A DNA stretch of 64,000 bases from Fonticula alba ATCC 38817. Lineage: Eukaryota > Protista > Nucleariida. The translations under genes and the position numbers were made by a program. This document shows, in pieces, positions 1-11,513 of this stretch; the first letter of the stretch is position 1, and the number at the start of each line of letters is the position of its first letter. Below the pieces are notes generated by a model. It was not told where the DNA came from and made no database searches. It worked only from the letters and a program-made list of their open reading frames with translations. Location of the stretch: assembly GCA_000388065.2 (NCBI GenBank), contig KB932207.1; one strand, written 5' to 3'.

Positions 1-1523
1 GGGGGAGGGGGCAAGAGGTGTGGAAGCTTGGCCCCCGCAACGAGACTGTCCACTCTCGGCGACACTTGGTCTAGCCTCCCTCTCAGGGGCTGCCTCACCT
101 TCCGAATGCCAGGAAAGGTGGAGCTGCCCTCCACGCCGACCCCCGGGTGGGGGGATTGCGCAGACGGCGACATGGCCTCCTCTGGGACTTCCTTTTCTCT
201 GAAAAGGCTGGTATCTTTTTGCGTCTCTGTACAGGTGTGTGCGTGCGTGCGTGCGTACGTGCGGGCGGGCATGTCCACGTCGGCAGGCCCCATGCGGACG
301 CTTGTGTGCGCTCGAGAGGCACCACCGGGGGGGCCCGAGGGCCGGGAGTGCGGGCGCGCGGCTCCGGCCACTGGGAAGCCTGACGCCCACGCGACAAACA
401 GAACGCCCCACCAGAACGTCCTTAATCGAACAAACAGCATTCCGACATCACGCCCACTGATCCGCCACGAGGATGGTTCCGATCCAGGTGGGCACCCGCG
501 CGTTCCCCAGAGCACCTTGGGCTCTCGGCCGCTTGCTCCCAACCGCAGCCACACAAATGGAGAGGAGGGCGCATGTGAGAAAGTGTTCCGGCACCGACTT
601 TGGCCAGGTCTTTCATCTCCAGCCCGTTCTGCCCTTTCTCGCGGGATCATACCCTCCCAGCAAGCAGATGGCCCGGGGTCTGGCTGGATGGGGGGGGGGG
701 GGGGGAGGGGGAGAAGCCCGCGTGCGCGCTTGTCGCTGGCGGCGACCTCTGGTGGCAGACAGTTTCGTCTCCGGGCCAGGTGGGGGTATCCAGACCCGAC
801 CCCCCCCCCCTGTCCGCCTCTGTCCGTCGCCGTCCGGCGCCCCTGCTCCGATGGCATCCACCTCGCGGTTTGCGTGGATCGCCCTGCTCCGGGCGAGGCG
901 TGTGCGTGTGTGTGTGTGTGTGTGTGGGGGGGGGGGAACAACGGAGGACGGGTTACGTGGGGTCCCATTTTCCGTACAACGCGTGCGCGTAACACGCGGG
1001 GCCAGGTCCGGGGTCCACACGCCCCGGCGACGTTGTGGATTCCCAATCCGCTTGCCGGGCCTCCCGGCGAGGCTGCGCGCCTGCCCCTCCCCGTGCCTGC
1101 CTCACGCGGGAAGGGAATAAAACTTACTTCACCGGTTGTCCCGCGTCCCCCCCGCGGGCGCCCAGACACCTCCCGAATCCCTCCCACCTGCTTATCTCTG
1201 CCTTCTCCTCCCCCCTCCTCCTTCGCCGCCTGATCCGCTGCATCCCCCGCCCTCGACCCTCTCCACCCGTTTTTTCTCCACACTGTGCGCGCCCGCCATC
1301 CCCCCCTCCCCCCCCGCCCTTCCGCTCGTTTGTCATCTTTTCCTTCCTTCAACACGCGAAGCCCGCGCGCCGGTTTCGCCCTCCCCGGCTTGAATCTACG
1401 ACGATGCACCCTGCCACTGACATCTGCATCCTCCTCTTCTCACTGCCCCTGGATTGTCCTCTTCTCGTTCCCTTCCCCCATGCAGCCGGATAGGTTTCCA
1501 TCCCGCCGCCCGTACTTTCCACC

Positions 1524-2391
1524 ATGCGGCGCCAGAAGAAGGTATCGCGTCGCTTACGTCCAACGCCGGCTCCTCTTCCGATGCCCTGCATTTGCTTACC
1601 ATCTATCCTCCCTCCCTCCCTCCCTCCCTCCCCCCCTCCCTCCTGCACCCCGGTTCTCCTCCTGCCCTGGTTCCTGCTCGCCCTTCATCCCAGGGTGTGC
1701 TTGGTACGGCCTCGAAGTACATCTCTCGGAGCCGGGCCATCAAGAAGCTCCAGGTGAGCCTCGCGGACTTCCGGTGCGTCGCCCCCTCCCGCTCCTTCGC
1801 TCGACCTGCCCTTCCTTCCTCTCTCTCTCTCTCTCCATGGACCCCGCCACTTACCTCCTGTCCAGTCGCCTGTGCATTCTCAAGGGCATTTACCCCCGTG
1901 AGCCGGAGAACCGGAACAAGCTCACCAAGAACAAGCGTGACTTCAAGACCTTCTACTGGGTGAAGGACATCCAGTTCCTGGCTCATGAGCCGCTCATCAA
2001 CAAGTTCCGCGAGTACAAGATCTTCGCGCGGCGCCTGTCGCGCGCCATGGCCAAGAGCCAGGATGCCGTGGCCACCAACCTCGAGGAGAACCGCCCGGTC
2101 TTCGAGCTGGACCACATCATCAAGGAGCGCTATCCCTCTTTCGTGGATGCCCTGCGCGACATCGATGACGCCCTGTGCATGGTGTTCCTCTTTGCCAACA
2201 TGCCCTCCGACAAGGCCAGCTCTCAGCTGACCTCCGAGTGCGCTCGTCTTGCCTCGGAGTTCATGCACTTTGTCATTCGCACCAATGCCCTCCGCAAGAC
2301 CTTCCTCTCGATCAAGGGTATGTTTTTCTTGTGCCGCCGCTGCCACTGCTCTTGATGCCCTGGTCGATGGCGTTACCGCCTCTCCCTCCTC

Positions 2392-2422
<31 letters not shown>

Positions 2423-4246
2423 CAATGTCCCTGGCGTCTCTCCCCCTGCCTGCCCATTCGGGGAAGGCCTTTCCGCCATCGGTACTCACCCCGCCTCCCT
2501 GCTCTACTTTCCCTCCCAGGTATTTACTACCAGGCCGAGCTCTACGGCCAGCCGGTCACCTGGGTCGTGCCCTACCAGTTCACCCAGAACCCCCCGTCGC
2601 AGATTGACTTCCGCGTCATGAGGACCTTCCTCGAGCTGCATGTCACCATGCTGGGCTTCATCAACTTCAAGCTCTTCCACGATGAGGGCCTGCACTACCC
2701 GCCGGTGGTGGATGTCGAGCGTGACAACCTGGCCGCCGGTCTGAGCTCCTACATGCTGCAGACCCGCGAGGAGCATGCCGCCTTCACCAAGCTCCAGCAG
2801 ACCGACGCCGCGTCGGCCGCCCTGACTGAGGCCGATCTGGCCACCGCCACCGAGCGGGCCAAGTCCCTGTCCGAGGTGCTGGCTGGCCTGACTGACGCCC
2901 CGGTTGTCGAGGCGATGCCCGTCGAGGATGCCCCGGTGGACTCTGCGACCGGCGCCGCCCCCGGCGCCGAGGGCGACGCCGTCATCGACAGCGAGCTGCT
3001 GGATGTCTTCCCCGAGAATGAGGCCGCCGCCGAGGACAACCATGGCGACAAGATGTTCACCGACTCCAACGCTTCTTCCTACTCGCAGCTGTTCGCCAAG
3101 TGCGTTTTCTTCCTGAGCCGCGAGGTCCCGCGCGAGGCGCTGGAGTTTGTCATCCGCGCCTGCGGTGGTACGGTCGGCTGGTCGGATGCCACTTTCGGTG
3201 CCATCTCCGAGGACTCTGATGTGCGTGGTTTTCCCTCCTCTTTTTTTCCCTCTTTCTTTCTCTCTCCCTATTTAGGCTGCTCGCCTGCGAAGTGCTCGCC
3301 CTACTCACCCCCCACATGCCGCGCCCTCTCTCCCATCTGGCTCTTTTCTGATACATGCACGCACGGACACACACACACATGCACACAGTCCATCACCCAC
3401 CACATCGTGGATCGCCCGACCCAGGGCCACGTGTACCTCGACCGCGAGTACATCCAGCCTCAGTGGGTGTTCGACTCCATCAATGCGGCTCGCCTGCTGG
3501 AGACCAAGCCCTATGCCCCGGGCGAGTCGCTGCCGGCTCACCTGTCGCCCTTCCACGAGGTCCTGCCTGGTGGCTACGACCCGGTGGCCGAGCATCAGCA
3601 GCTGGAGGATGCGGTCAAGGCCTTCCGTGAGGATGAGCTGGCGGCCGAGGCGCTGGAGGAGGCTTCCGAGCGCCGGCGCAACGTCAAGCGCGACCTGGAC
3701 CGCTCGGCAGCCGAGGCCGAGGAGGATGAGGCCGAGGAGGATGAGGCCGAGTCCGATGCCGAGGAGGCCGAGGACGACGGTCTGGAGAGCGAGGATGATT
3801 CCGAGGAGTCGCGCCATCAGCGCGAGCTGGCGGCCGAGTCGGCTGGTGTTTCCTTCTCGGACTTCGTTGTCCAGGAGGAGGAGCGCAAGGCCCGGCTGGC
3901 GGCCAAGCGGTCGAAGAAGATCCGCGAGTCGGCCAAGTCCGCCCAGTCCATCGTCAGCGCGATTGCCGACGAGGCGCGCCGCCAGGCCGCCCGCAAGCGT
4001 ACTCAGGCCGACATCGAGGCGGAGGAGCTTCGCCAGCTCAGCATGAGCGTCATGGACAAGCGCCCGCGCAACCTTCTGCGTGTTATCCAGCGTACTCGCG
4101 CCCGCCGCGAGGCCGAGGCCGATCAGCTCCGCGACCGGAAGAAGGCCATCCTGGCCAACAAGATCGTTGTCCAGGCCAACGCCGGCAAGAAGGCCGCCGC
4201 GGCCACTTCGGCCGAGGAGTCCTCAAAGCGCACCAAGACCAAGTAG
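1524..4246 (+). CDS. NOP7: Pescadillo / Nop7 (60S biogenesis, PeBoW complex), 5 exons: 1524-1541, 1694-1773, 1866-2317, 2520-3220, 3389-4246
   Basis: The spliced protein reads [46 protein letters not shown]...FYWVKDIQFLAHEP...GIYYQAE...VTWVVPY. It includes a BRCT domain (LFAKCVFFLSREVPREALEFVIRACGG...YIQPQWVFDSIN) and an acidic/basic tail. All junctions are GT-AG and in frame. Confidence 0.96.
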
Positions 4247-4816
4247 AGATGTGGTGTACCGTGTTCAAGTGTGTTCGCGCACGCGCGCGCGCATGTGCGT
4301 ATGTGGGGGGACCACAGGGGCGGAAGGAGCAAAGGTCTGTGTGCAAATGCATGCCTGCGTGCTGTCCTGTCGGACCCTCTCCCCCGGTCCCCCCCCCCCC
4401 CCCCTTCCACACGGGCGAGTGCCCCCTTCTATATCCCCTCCCTCCTTATTCCCCCCCCCCCCCCCTGTTCCTTATACACTATATACATATTTTGAGAAAG
4501 TCAAGGCCATTTGTGCCTCCCTTTTGTGCACGTGTGTTGTGTTGCCGAAAAAAAAGAAGAAGGAGATCTGAAGCAAGAGGTGGGCATGTGCCTCATGTTT
4601 CCCCCCCGCTCCGCGATCTATTATCAGGGCTGTTCCCCCCCACCCCCCCTCCCCTGCCGACCCATGGCGATGTTACCCCGAGCACGCGAAGAAAAGGTGT
4701 TTGCCGTCCAGACACACGTTTCCAGCATGAGTTGGCCGATGCACGGTTTGGGTTTTCCATTGGAAATGCAGTCACCTTTGTGTTTGGGGGAGGGAGCGGG
4801 GACATGCGGGGGCCCA

Positions 4817-5248
4817 TCAGATGTTGTAGTACATGAACGTCTTGGCCGGGACGGGCATCTCGCCGCGCTTGAGGCCCTCCAGGACATTGTAGCCGGCTAT
4901 CATGGCCATATGGTTGCGCTTGACATCGACATTGCGCGAATTGACCTTGAAGTACGCGCGGAGGCCCTGAGGAGGGATGGAGAATGGGTCAGGGGAAGCG
5001 GGGGTTCATGGAGGCAAGCGAGCCGATGGCAGTGCAATAGTAGTAGCAGCAGCAGTAGCAGCAGTGGCAAGAGAAAGAGAGAGGGATGGTGGCGGAGGTA
5101 CCTCGCGGAAGAGCTGATACTCAAATGGCCGCCGCTCCACCCGGCGCGCCTCCCGAGCAAGAGCACGGTAGAGTGACCGCACTTCCAGCGGCTTGGTGAC
5201 GGGGAAGAAAAGTTTGTTGAAGCTATTGCGAATGAAGAATGTCGGCAT
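4817..5248 (-). CDS. Small LYR-motif (Complex1_LYR-like) mitochondrial protein, 98 aa, 2 exons: 5248-5102, 4966-4817
   Basis: Spliced: MPTFFIRNSFNKLFFPVTKPLEVRSLYRALAREARRVERRPFEYQLFRE|GLRAYFKVNSRNVDVKRNHMAMIAGYNVLEGLKRGEMPVPAKTFMYYNI*. The GTACCT donor and CTCAG acceptor give a phase-0 intron. It has an LYR triplet, a downstream Arg and an F in R-x-x-F position, as in LYRM proteins. Confidence 0.72.
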
Positions 5249-5859
5249 TGCAGGAGACAGGCCAGGAAAAAAAAGAAACCACGGCCTGGACGGAGGCGGG
5301 ACAGGCGAACAACGAGATCGCAAAAGGAGGCGAAACACCGGCGGAGGGAAAGAGGGATTTGGTCTTCCCGGCCCCGCGGCCGGGCCCCGAGCCGGCACTC
5401 CCCAGGCTCTTGAGCTGGTCGCCGATGATCACGTGTGTGGCATCGTGGCTCCGTTCCTCCCACCCCCACGCGCACACACGCTGCCTTTTCTTTTTCGTGC
5501 ATGGCCCGCGTTGCACCGCACCCTCCCGTCGCCGGGGGGGGGGGGGGGGGGGGGGAGGAGCGGCAGGCAGACGAGGCCCCTCTCTCAGGCTTTCTCGGTC
5601 TTCCTCGCCTTGTCTCGCCCCTGCCGATCTGGTCGATTGTCGGGAGGCGAACGAAGGCCGGTCGAAGTCTGCCAGGCCTGCGTCGTCGCGGGGACCCTTT
5701 TCCAGCAACCATATTGGAGATCCCCCGGCCTGGCCTACCCCTCTCCCAGAGACCCGGCTCCCCTTCTCTTCTGCCCCACCCTACTTTGCCTCTTTTTTCC
5801 GCCTCGCTCTCCCGCCCCCTCCCCCCAAGCTTCCCTTTTTCTTCCCCTCAAGAGCAGTC

Positions 5860-7659
5860 ATGGCCAAGCAGAACAAGCGCGCCGCCCCGGCGCCCGTCGC
5901 GGCGGCCCCCGCCGCTGAGGCTCCCATCGCCCAGGCTGACCTCCCTGAGATTGATGTTGCCATGCGCGCGGCCATCCTCCGCCGCAAGATGGTCAACAAG
6001 CAGAAGACCCTGATTCTTTCCTCGCGCGGTATCGTGTCCCGGTAGGTTCCTCCCCCNNNNNNNNNNNNNNNNNNNNNNNNNNNNNNNNNNNNNNNNNNNN
6101 NNNNNNNNNNNNNNNNNNNNNNNNNNNNNNNNNNNNNNNNNNNNNNNNNNNNNNNNNNNNNNNNNNNNNNNNNNNNNNNNNNNNNNNNNNNNNNNNNNNN
6201 NNNNNNNNNNNNNNNNNNNNNNNNNNNNNNNNNNNNNNNNNNNNNNNNNNNNNNNNNNNNNNNNNNNNNNNNNNNNNNNNNNNNNNNNNNNNNNNNNNNN
6301 NNNNNNNNNNNNNNNNNNNNNNNNNNNNNNNNNNNNNNNNNNNNNNNNNNNNNNNNNNNNNNNNNNNNNNNNNNNNNNNNNNNNNNNNNNNNNNNNNNNN
6401 NNNNNNNNNNNNNNNNNNNNNNNNNNNNNNNNNNNNNNNNNNNNNNNNNNNNNNNNNNNNNNNNNNNNNNNNNNNNNNNNNNNNNNNNNNNNNNNNNNNN
6501 NNNNNNNNNNNNNNNNNNNNNNNNNNNNNNNNNNNNNNNNNNNNNNNNNNNNNNNNNNNNNNNNNNNNNNNNNNNNNNNNNNNNNNNNNNNNNNNNNNNN
6601 NNNNNNNNNNNNNNNNNNNNNNNNNNNNNNNNNNNNNNNNNNNNNNNNNNNNNNNNNNNNNNNNNNNNNNNNNNNNNNNNNNNNNNNNNNNNNNNNNNNN
6701 NNNNNNNNNNNNNNNNNNNNNNNNNNNNNNNNNNNNNNNNNNNNNNNNNNNNNNNNNNNNNNNNNNNNNNNNNNNNNNNNNNNNNNNNNNNNNNNNCTCT
6801 CTCTCTCTCTCTCTCTCTCGCTCTTTCTCTCTCTCTCTCTGTCTATCCCTCCTCTCCCGCCAAGCCCACCACCCTAACACCTCGTCCTCGCTGCCCCTAG
6901 TCCATACCCTGGAGGAGATGCGCCTGACTGGTAATGCCCTGAAGGGGACGCGTCCCCTGCTGTCTTTCGACAAGTCCTTCGACGAGAAGCCCGAGCTTTC
7001 CCTCATCCGTGAGTTGCTGATCCAGGTCATCGGTACCCCTCGCGGCCACCCGCGCAGCCGTCCCTTCTTTGACCGCGTCATGACTTTCTCCCATGTTGAT
7101 GGGCGCATCTGGATCCGCAACTACCAGGTGCGTGGTGTCCTGGCCTCCCTGTTGGCTCTATCGCCGTCCTTTCTCCCTCCACTCCTTTCCGTGTCGTCTC
7201 CCCATGTTGACCCCCGCCTCTCCTCTCCCCTCCCGCCGGCCATCTGTGTGACAGGTCATCCGCACTGATAACCAGCGCGCCCAGTCCGCGGCCACCTTCC
7301 GGACCGAGGAGATTGGCCCTCGTGCGGTCTTCACCCCGATTCGCATCTTCGACGGCAGTTTCCAGGGTCGCACCCTTTACAAGAACCCGGACTTCGTTTC
7401 TCCGAACCTGGTACGCACCTGAGCCTTCCTTTCTGCTCGCCCCTTCTCCAAGGGGGCAGGGGCAGCCACCCACCCCGGCTGCTGGTCCTCTAACCTCCGC
7501 ATTTGGAAATCACAGTACCGCCGCCGTCTGCGCATGTCGCAGTCTGTCCGCTACCACCAGCGCAAGATTGACGAGGCCTCTCGCGTGGGTCGCTCCACCC
7601 GCCGTGTCATGCCTGAGGACCCGGTCGACTCCACCTGGCTCCAGGAGGCGGAGGAGTAA
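5860..7659 (+). CDS. BRX1: Brix-domain ribosome biogenesis protein Brx1; middle exon(s) lost in the N-gap 6057-6796
   Basis: N-terminal exon ...VNKQKTLILSSRGIVSR. After the gap: HTLEEMRLTGNALKGTRPLLSFDKSFD...FFDRVMTFSHVDGRIWIRNYQ, then EEIGPRAVFTPIRIFDGSFQGRTLYKNPDFVSPN, ending TAA at 7657-7659. Confidence 0.93.
6057..6796. other. Assembly gap (N run) inside BRX1
   Basis: 740 N. The other gaps are 11744-11937, 14342-14612, 22744-22794, 24572-24753, 52857-52866, 59687-59796 and 60667-60979. Nearly all abut C- or G-runs or purine/pyrimidine repeats. Confidence 0.99.
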
Positions 7660-8006
7660 GTTGCTTGGCATGCTGGCAAGTGCAGGACCTGCCTCATCCC
7701 TTCCGCCCTCTCTCTCTCTCTCTCTCCCTCTCTCTCCCTCTCCCTCTCCCTCTCCCCCTCGACAGAGATATACATGTGCATGGTCTCCCCCTGCCTCCCC
7801 CTTTTGGGCTGCTCAGCTTGAGACTTCCCGCCATATGCCCCTGGCTCTCCCGCGTGTCTCTCTCACCGCCACACATACACAACACACACGCACGCGCCAT
7901 GCGCACAGGCTGCCGATGTGACTGCCCATTTCGAACGGGGGTACACGGGAGCACTCTGTGCAAAGCATGATCGTGGACGAAATAAATAGAAGAAATGTCA
8001 CACGAA

Positions 8007-8055
<49 letters not shown>

Positions 8056-8459
8056 GCGCATACATACACGCATACATACATGCATACATATGTACATATG
8101 TAAACATGGGACCCGAGGACAATGAGCACCCCTGCTTTGCGACAGTCGTGGTCGTGAGAGGGGTGACTTGGGGGAGCGGGGAGGTGATAGCACTGGCCGG
8201 GGGCGGCCGGGGTCCACGAATTCCGAGAGACACGCAAGAAGGGAAGCATACAAATCAACAAGTACATTATGAACGTGGGGGGGGGGGAGCCACACGAGGG
8301 GCTGGGAAGGACATCTCGATCGCGGGAGCAGGGGAGGGGGGGGGGGAGGGGAAAGGAGCAAAAGCGAAGACGTACATGGGGAAAGGGGGAGGGTGCCACT
8401 TTCAGGGCAGAGGAAGTCTGAACAAGGGAAAGACTGTGGGAGTGCGCAGACGTCGCAAC

Positions 8460-9134
8460 TTACTCGCTGACGGTGGCCTCCTCGGTCTTCTCGACCACGG
8501 CGGCCTCGGCTTCGGCATCAGTGGCAACAGCCCCAGTGGGCTCATCCTGCCCCTCTGGCACATCGGAGGCGGCGGAGGCGGTGTCGGAGACGGCGGCGGC
8601 GGCGGCGGCGGCAGCGAAGCGGCGCACGCGCTCCTCGCGCTTGGTTTGCGCCTCGGCAGTGCGGGCCACGCGCTCGTGCGCCGCAATGGCCGCACTCACG
8701 CGGCGCTCGGACTCCTCGGGGCTGATGGCGAAGCGTGCCTGGCGAGCACGAAGCTTCTCAGGGTCCAGGCCGCCGGAGCGCACGAGATTGTCCAGGAGGT
8801 TGTTCTTCTCTGCTCCGAGTCGGGAAAGGAGAAGGGGCAGGGGGAGGGCGCGGGTCAGGGGAACGGCCAGTCGGTGTTGCGACACAAGTCCAGAGCATGG
8901 GGGGCGCGGGGCGGGGGGCGGGGCAGAGTGCCATAGAAACGCACTGGGGGCGACAGTGGCCGGCGTCGAGGCAAGGGTCTTGCTCTTGACGACACCAGAC
9001 TCAGCCTTGTTGTGCGTGATGCCGAAGCGAGCGGCGCGCTTGGCACGAGCATCCTCCGCCGGGGTGGCGGTGACAGCGACGGCAGTGGCCGACGGGAGCA
9101 CCTTCTCCTGGTCGGTGGTCGAGGGGGTGGACAT
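8460..9134 (-). CDS. Tho1/MOS11/SARNP C-terminal-domain-like protein without SAP domain, about 179 aa, 2 exons: 9134-8945, about 8809-8460
   Basis: MSTPSTTDQEKVLP...DARAKRAARFGI... then ...DPEKLRARQARFAI...KREERVRRFAA... Three R-x-x-R-F motifs typical of the Tho1/SARNP/MOS11 C-terminus. GTGCGT donor, in-frame acceptor, TAA stop at 8462-8460. Confidence 0.68.
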   Translation of the reverse strand: MSTPSTTDQEKVLPSATAVAVTATPAEDARAKRAARFGITHNKAESGVVKSKTLASTPATVAPSAFLWHSAPPPAPRPPCSGLVSQHRLAVPLTRALPLPLLLSRLGAEKNNLLDNLVRSGGLDPEKLRARQARFAISPEESERRVSAAIAAHERVARTAEAQTKREERVRRFAAAAAAAAVSDTASAASDVPEGQDEPTGAVATDAEAEAAVVEKTEEATVSE

Positions 9135-9753
9135 TGGGTCGATCGAGAAGCTGAAGCCGGGGGCAGATGGGGTCAGGCGCGGCGTCTCAGGGAGCGAGAT
9201 TGGGCAGGCGATCAAGAGGGAGGAAGGGAGGGCGGAAAAGAGGACAGGCAGGAGACCGGAGGGGATGGCAGTCGGGAAGGGGAGAGGCCACAGAAGGGAG
9301 GGAAAGGGGATGGGGAGGAAAGGCAGAGGGGGCAGTGTACAGTGAGGCGACTCTGGTCGAGGCAGTTGCTGCAGAAGCAATTGGGACAAAGAGGGACAAG
9401 GGACGGGGGAGGGAGATGCGCTGCATTCGCCAGGACATGCCCCGGCAGTAGACGGGATCCGTCCGAAATACCTCCCTGAAGAGAAGAGAGGGGGGACTCG
9501 ATGCTTTATTGTCGTTAGAAAGGGGACATGTGATCTTTTCCTATGTCCGGGAATGTGTCATATGATGGTCATGTGTTGTGTTCTTGCCCTGGGTGGCCTG
9601 TGGGTGGCCTCCCTTTGATGGCGGCCCCCCGCGATCGTGGGGGGAAGAGAGGGCCCGACAACAGCACACAGCGCCCCCTCTCCTCCCTCATCCTCTTCTT
9701 GCTCGGGAAAAGACTAGCAGGAAAAAAAAAAAACCCTGCCCAACTAGCATCCA

Positions 9754-11513
9754 ATGGGAAACGACGGCGGCTCCTTCTTCCGCCGCATCGAGATGGTCCG
9801 CGTGCGGGCCGAGCGCGAGAAGCTGGCCAAACCCGATGTGCGTAGGCTCCCTCTCAATAGCTTGCCTCCTCTGGCTTTTTTAATATTATTGTCCCTCCTT
9901 CCCCGGCTGGGCCATCCTCCCAACGACATCGCGCCCACCCTCTGACATTCCGCCCTCCTCCTCCCTCCTCCTCCCTCCTCCTCCCTTCTCCTCCCCTCTC
10001 CTCCCCTTCCCCCTCGGCGCCTCTCGGGCATGGCTGCATTGTCCGAAGGCTCTTCACGCACAGTGGGCCACCTGCTTTCTGAGCTCCACACCCTTGGTAG
10101 ATCTTGTTTTGGCGGATGGTGTGACCACGTCCATCGTGGCCTGCCCGCTGGGGCGACTCTACTCACGCGAGGCGGTGGTGCAATTCCTCCTCCGCCGTCG
10201 AGAGGTCACCATCTCCGAGGATCCCACGGCCCATCGTCCCGACATGGCGCATATCCGCCGGCTGAAGGTACGACCAGCGTTCCAAAGAGAGGGGGGGGGA
10301 GGCGCGAGGCGTCTCTAGCCGAATAAAACCTGCCCTGACTGACATGCGACATCGCGAAAAAAAAAACCCACCCAAACAACGACACCCAAACAACTCAGGA
10401 CCTGACTGTGCTCAAGTGCCCACTCGCCAATTCGGGCCAGTACTTTGTGTGTCCAATCACCGGAATTCCCCTGAACGGCACCAATCCAATTGCCCAGGCC
10501 CGGCCATGTGGGTGTGTGGCTGCCATCAGGGCCTGGGCCAATGCCGGTGTCATTCGCCGGGAGCCCGGCGACTCGGGCCTGCCGGAGCCCCTGCCCGAGT
10601 CGGCTTGCCTTGTGGTGAGTTGCCACCTTCCTCGCTGCCCTGGCCATCCCCTCCTGCTGTGTCCCTCCTCGCCTCTTCTCACCTGGAGCTGGCAGCTCCT
10701 CCTCACCGGACCCGATCTGACCCTCCTCCCCTGACTCCCCATGGTCATGCTGTGATCCAGTGTGGGCAGCCACTGTCCGAGCAACTGGGACTTGTTCCCC
10801 TGTATCCGGGGCCGGAAATGGAGGACCTTGTACGCCGGCGATTGCGTGACATTTCGGCCATTGGCCGGGGCTCTCGCGGAAAGGCACTCCGCTCGGATCG
10901 CCGGGTTTCCCCGGAGCCTGCCTGTGCACCAGGCACCGGTATCGACACCGGGGGCCTCCTGCTTCCGATGGAGGGGGCCGCTGGTACCGAAGGGGAGCTG
11001 CCCTCGACCGGGTCGCCGAAGGACCACTCCGCTCTGGCGGGTGCTGAGCTCCCGCGGCCGAAGAGCCAGCCAGGGGATCCTGGTCTCGAGCACCCCCGCG
11101 ACCGCGGTTCCGATCGCACTCCAAACGGCCACCTCGAGCGCGCTCTGGACCATAGCCATGACCGGCGTCCGGATCGCAGCCCCGGCCCCCATCGCCAGGG
11201 TCAAAGGCTCGGCCGCCTTTCGCAAGACCACGCGGAGGACCGGGTGCGCGGCCACAGTCCCGGACGTCGTCGTAGACGCAGCCCCGGGTCTCGGGAAGCC
11301 AGCCCCAGCCGCCGCCGAGACTGGGACCGGGACTCGCTCGATCGCCACCCGCCCCGGGGCCTGCGTGGCCACCATCGGGAGCAGGATGCACATGGTCGCC
11401 ATGACCGCAGCCCGCGCAGTCCCCCTCGCCGGCACCATCCTGACTCCTCTGGCGATGGGTACCGCCGACAAGATCGCAGCCTGGATCTGGGCCAACACCG
11501 TGCCCGCCGGTAG
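9754..11513 (+). CDS. RTF2: Rtf2 (replication termination factor 2 / RING-like, splicing-associated) with long RS/RD-rich tail; 4 exons
   Basis: MGNDGGSFFRRIEMVR start, then (ALHAQ)WATCFLSSTPL...IVACPLGRLYSREAVVQFLL, then FVCPITG...RPCGCV, and SACLV|CGQP (a CxxC split by an intron). Introns at about 9838-10048, 10269-10398 and 10615-10759. Confidence 0.9.

Noticed and set aside
1-1523. 401-aa and other ORFs upstream of NOP7
   Set aside because: They run through microsatellites and G/C runs with Pro/Arg/Gly-rich translations typical of non-coding GC-rich DNA.
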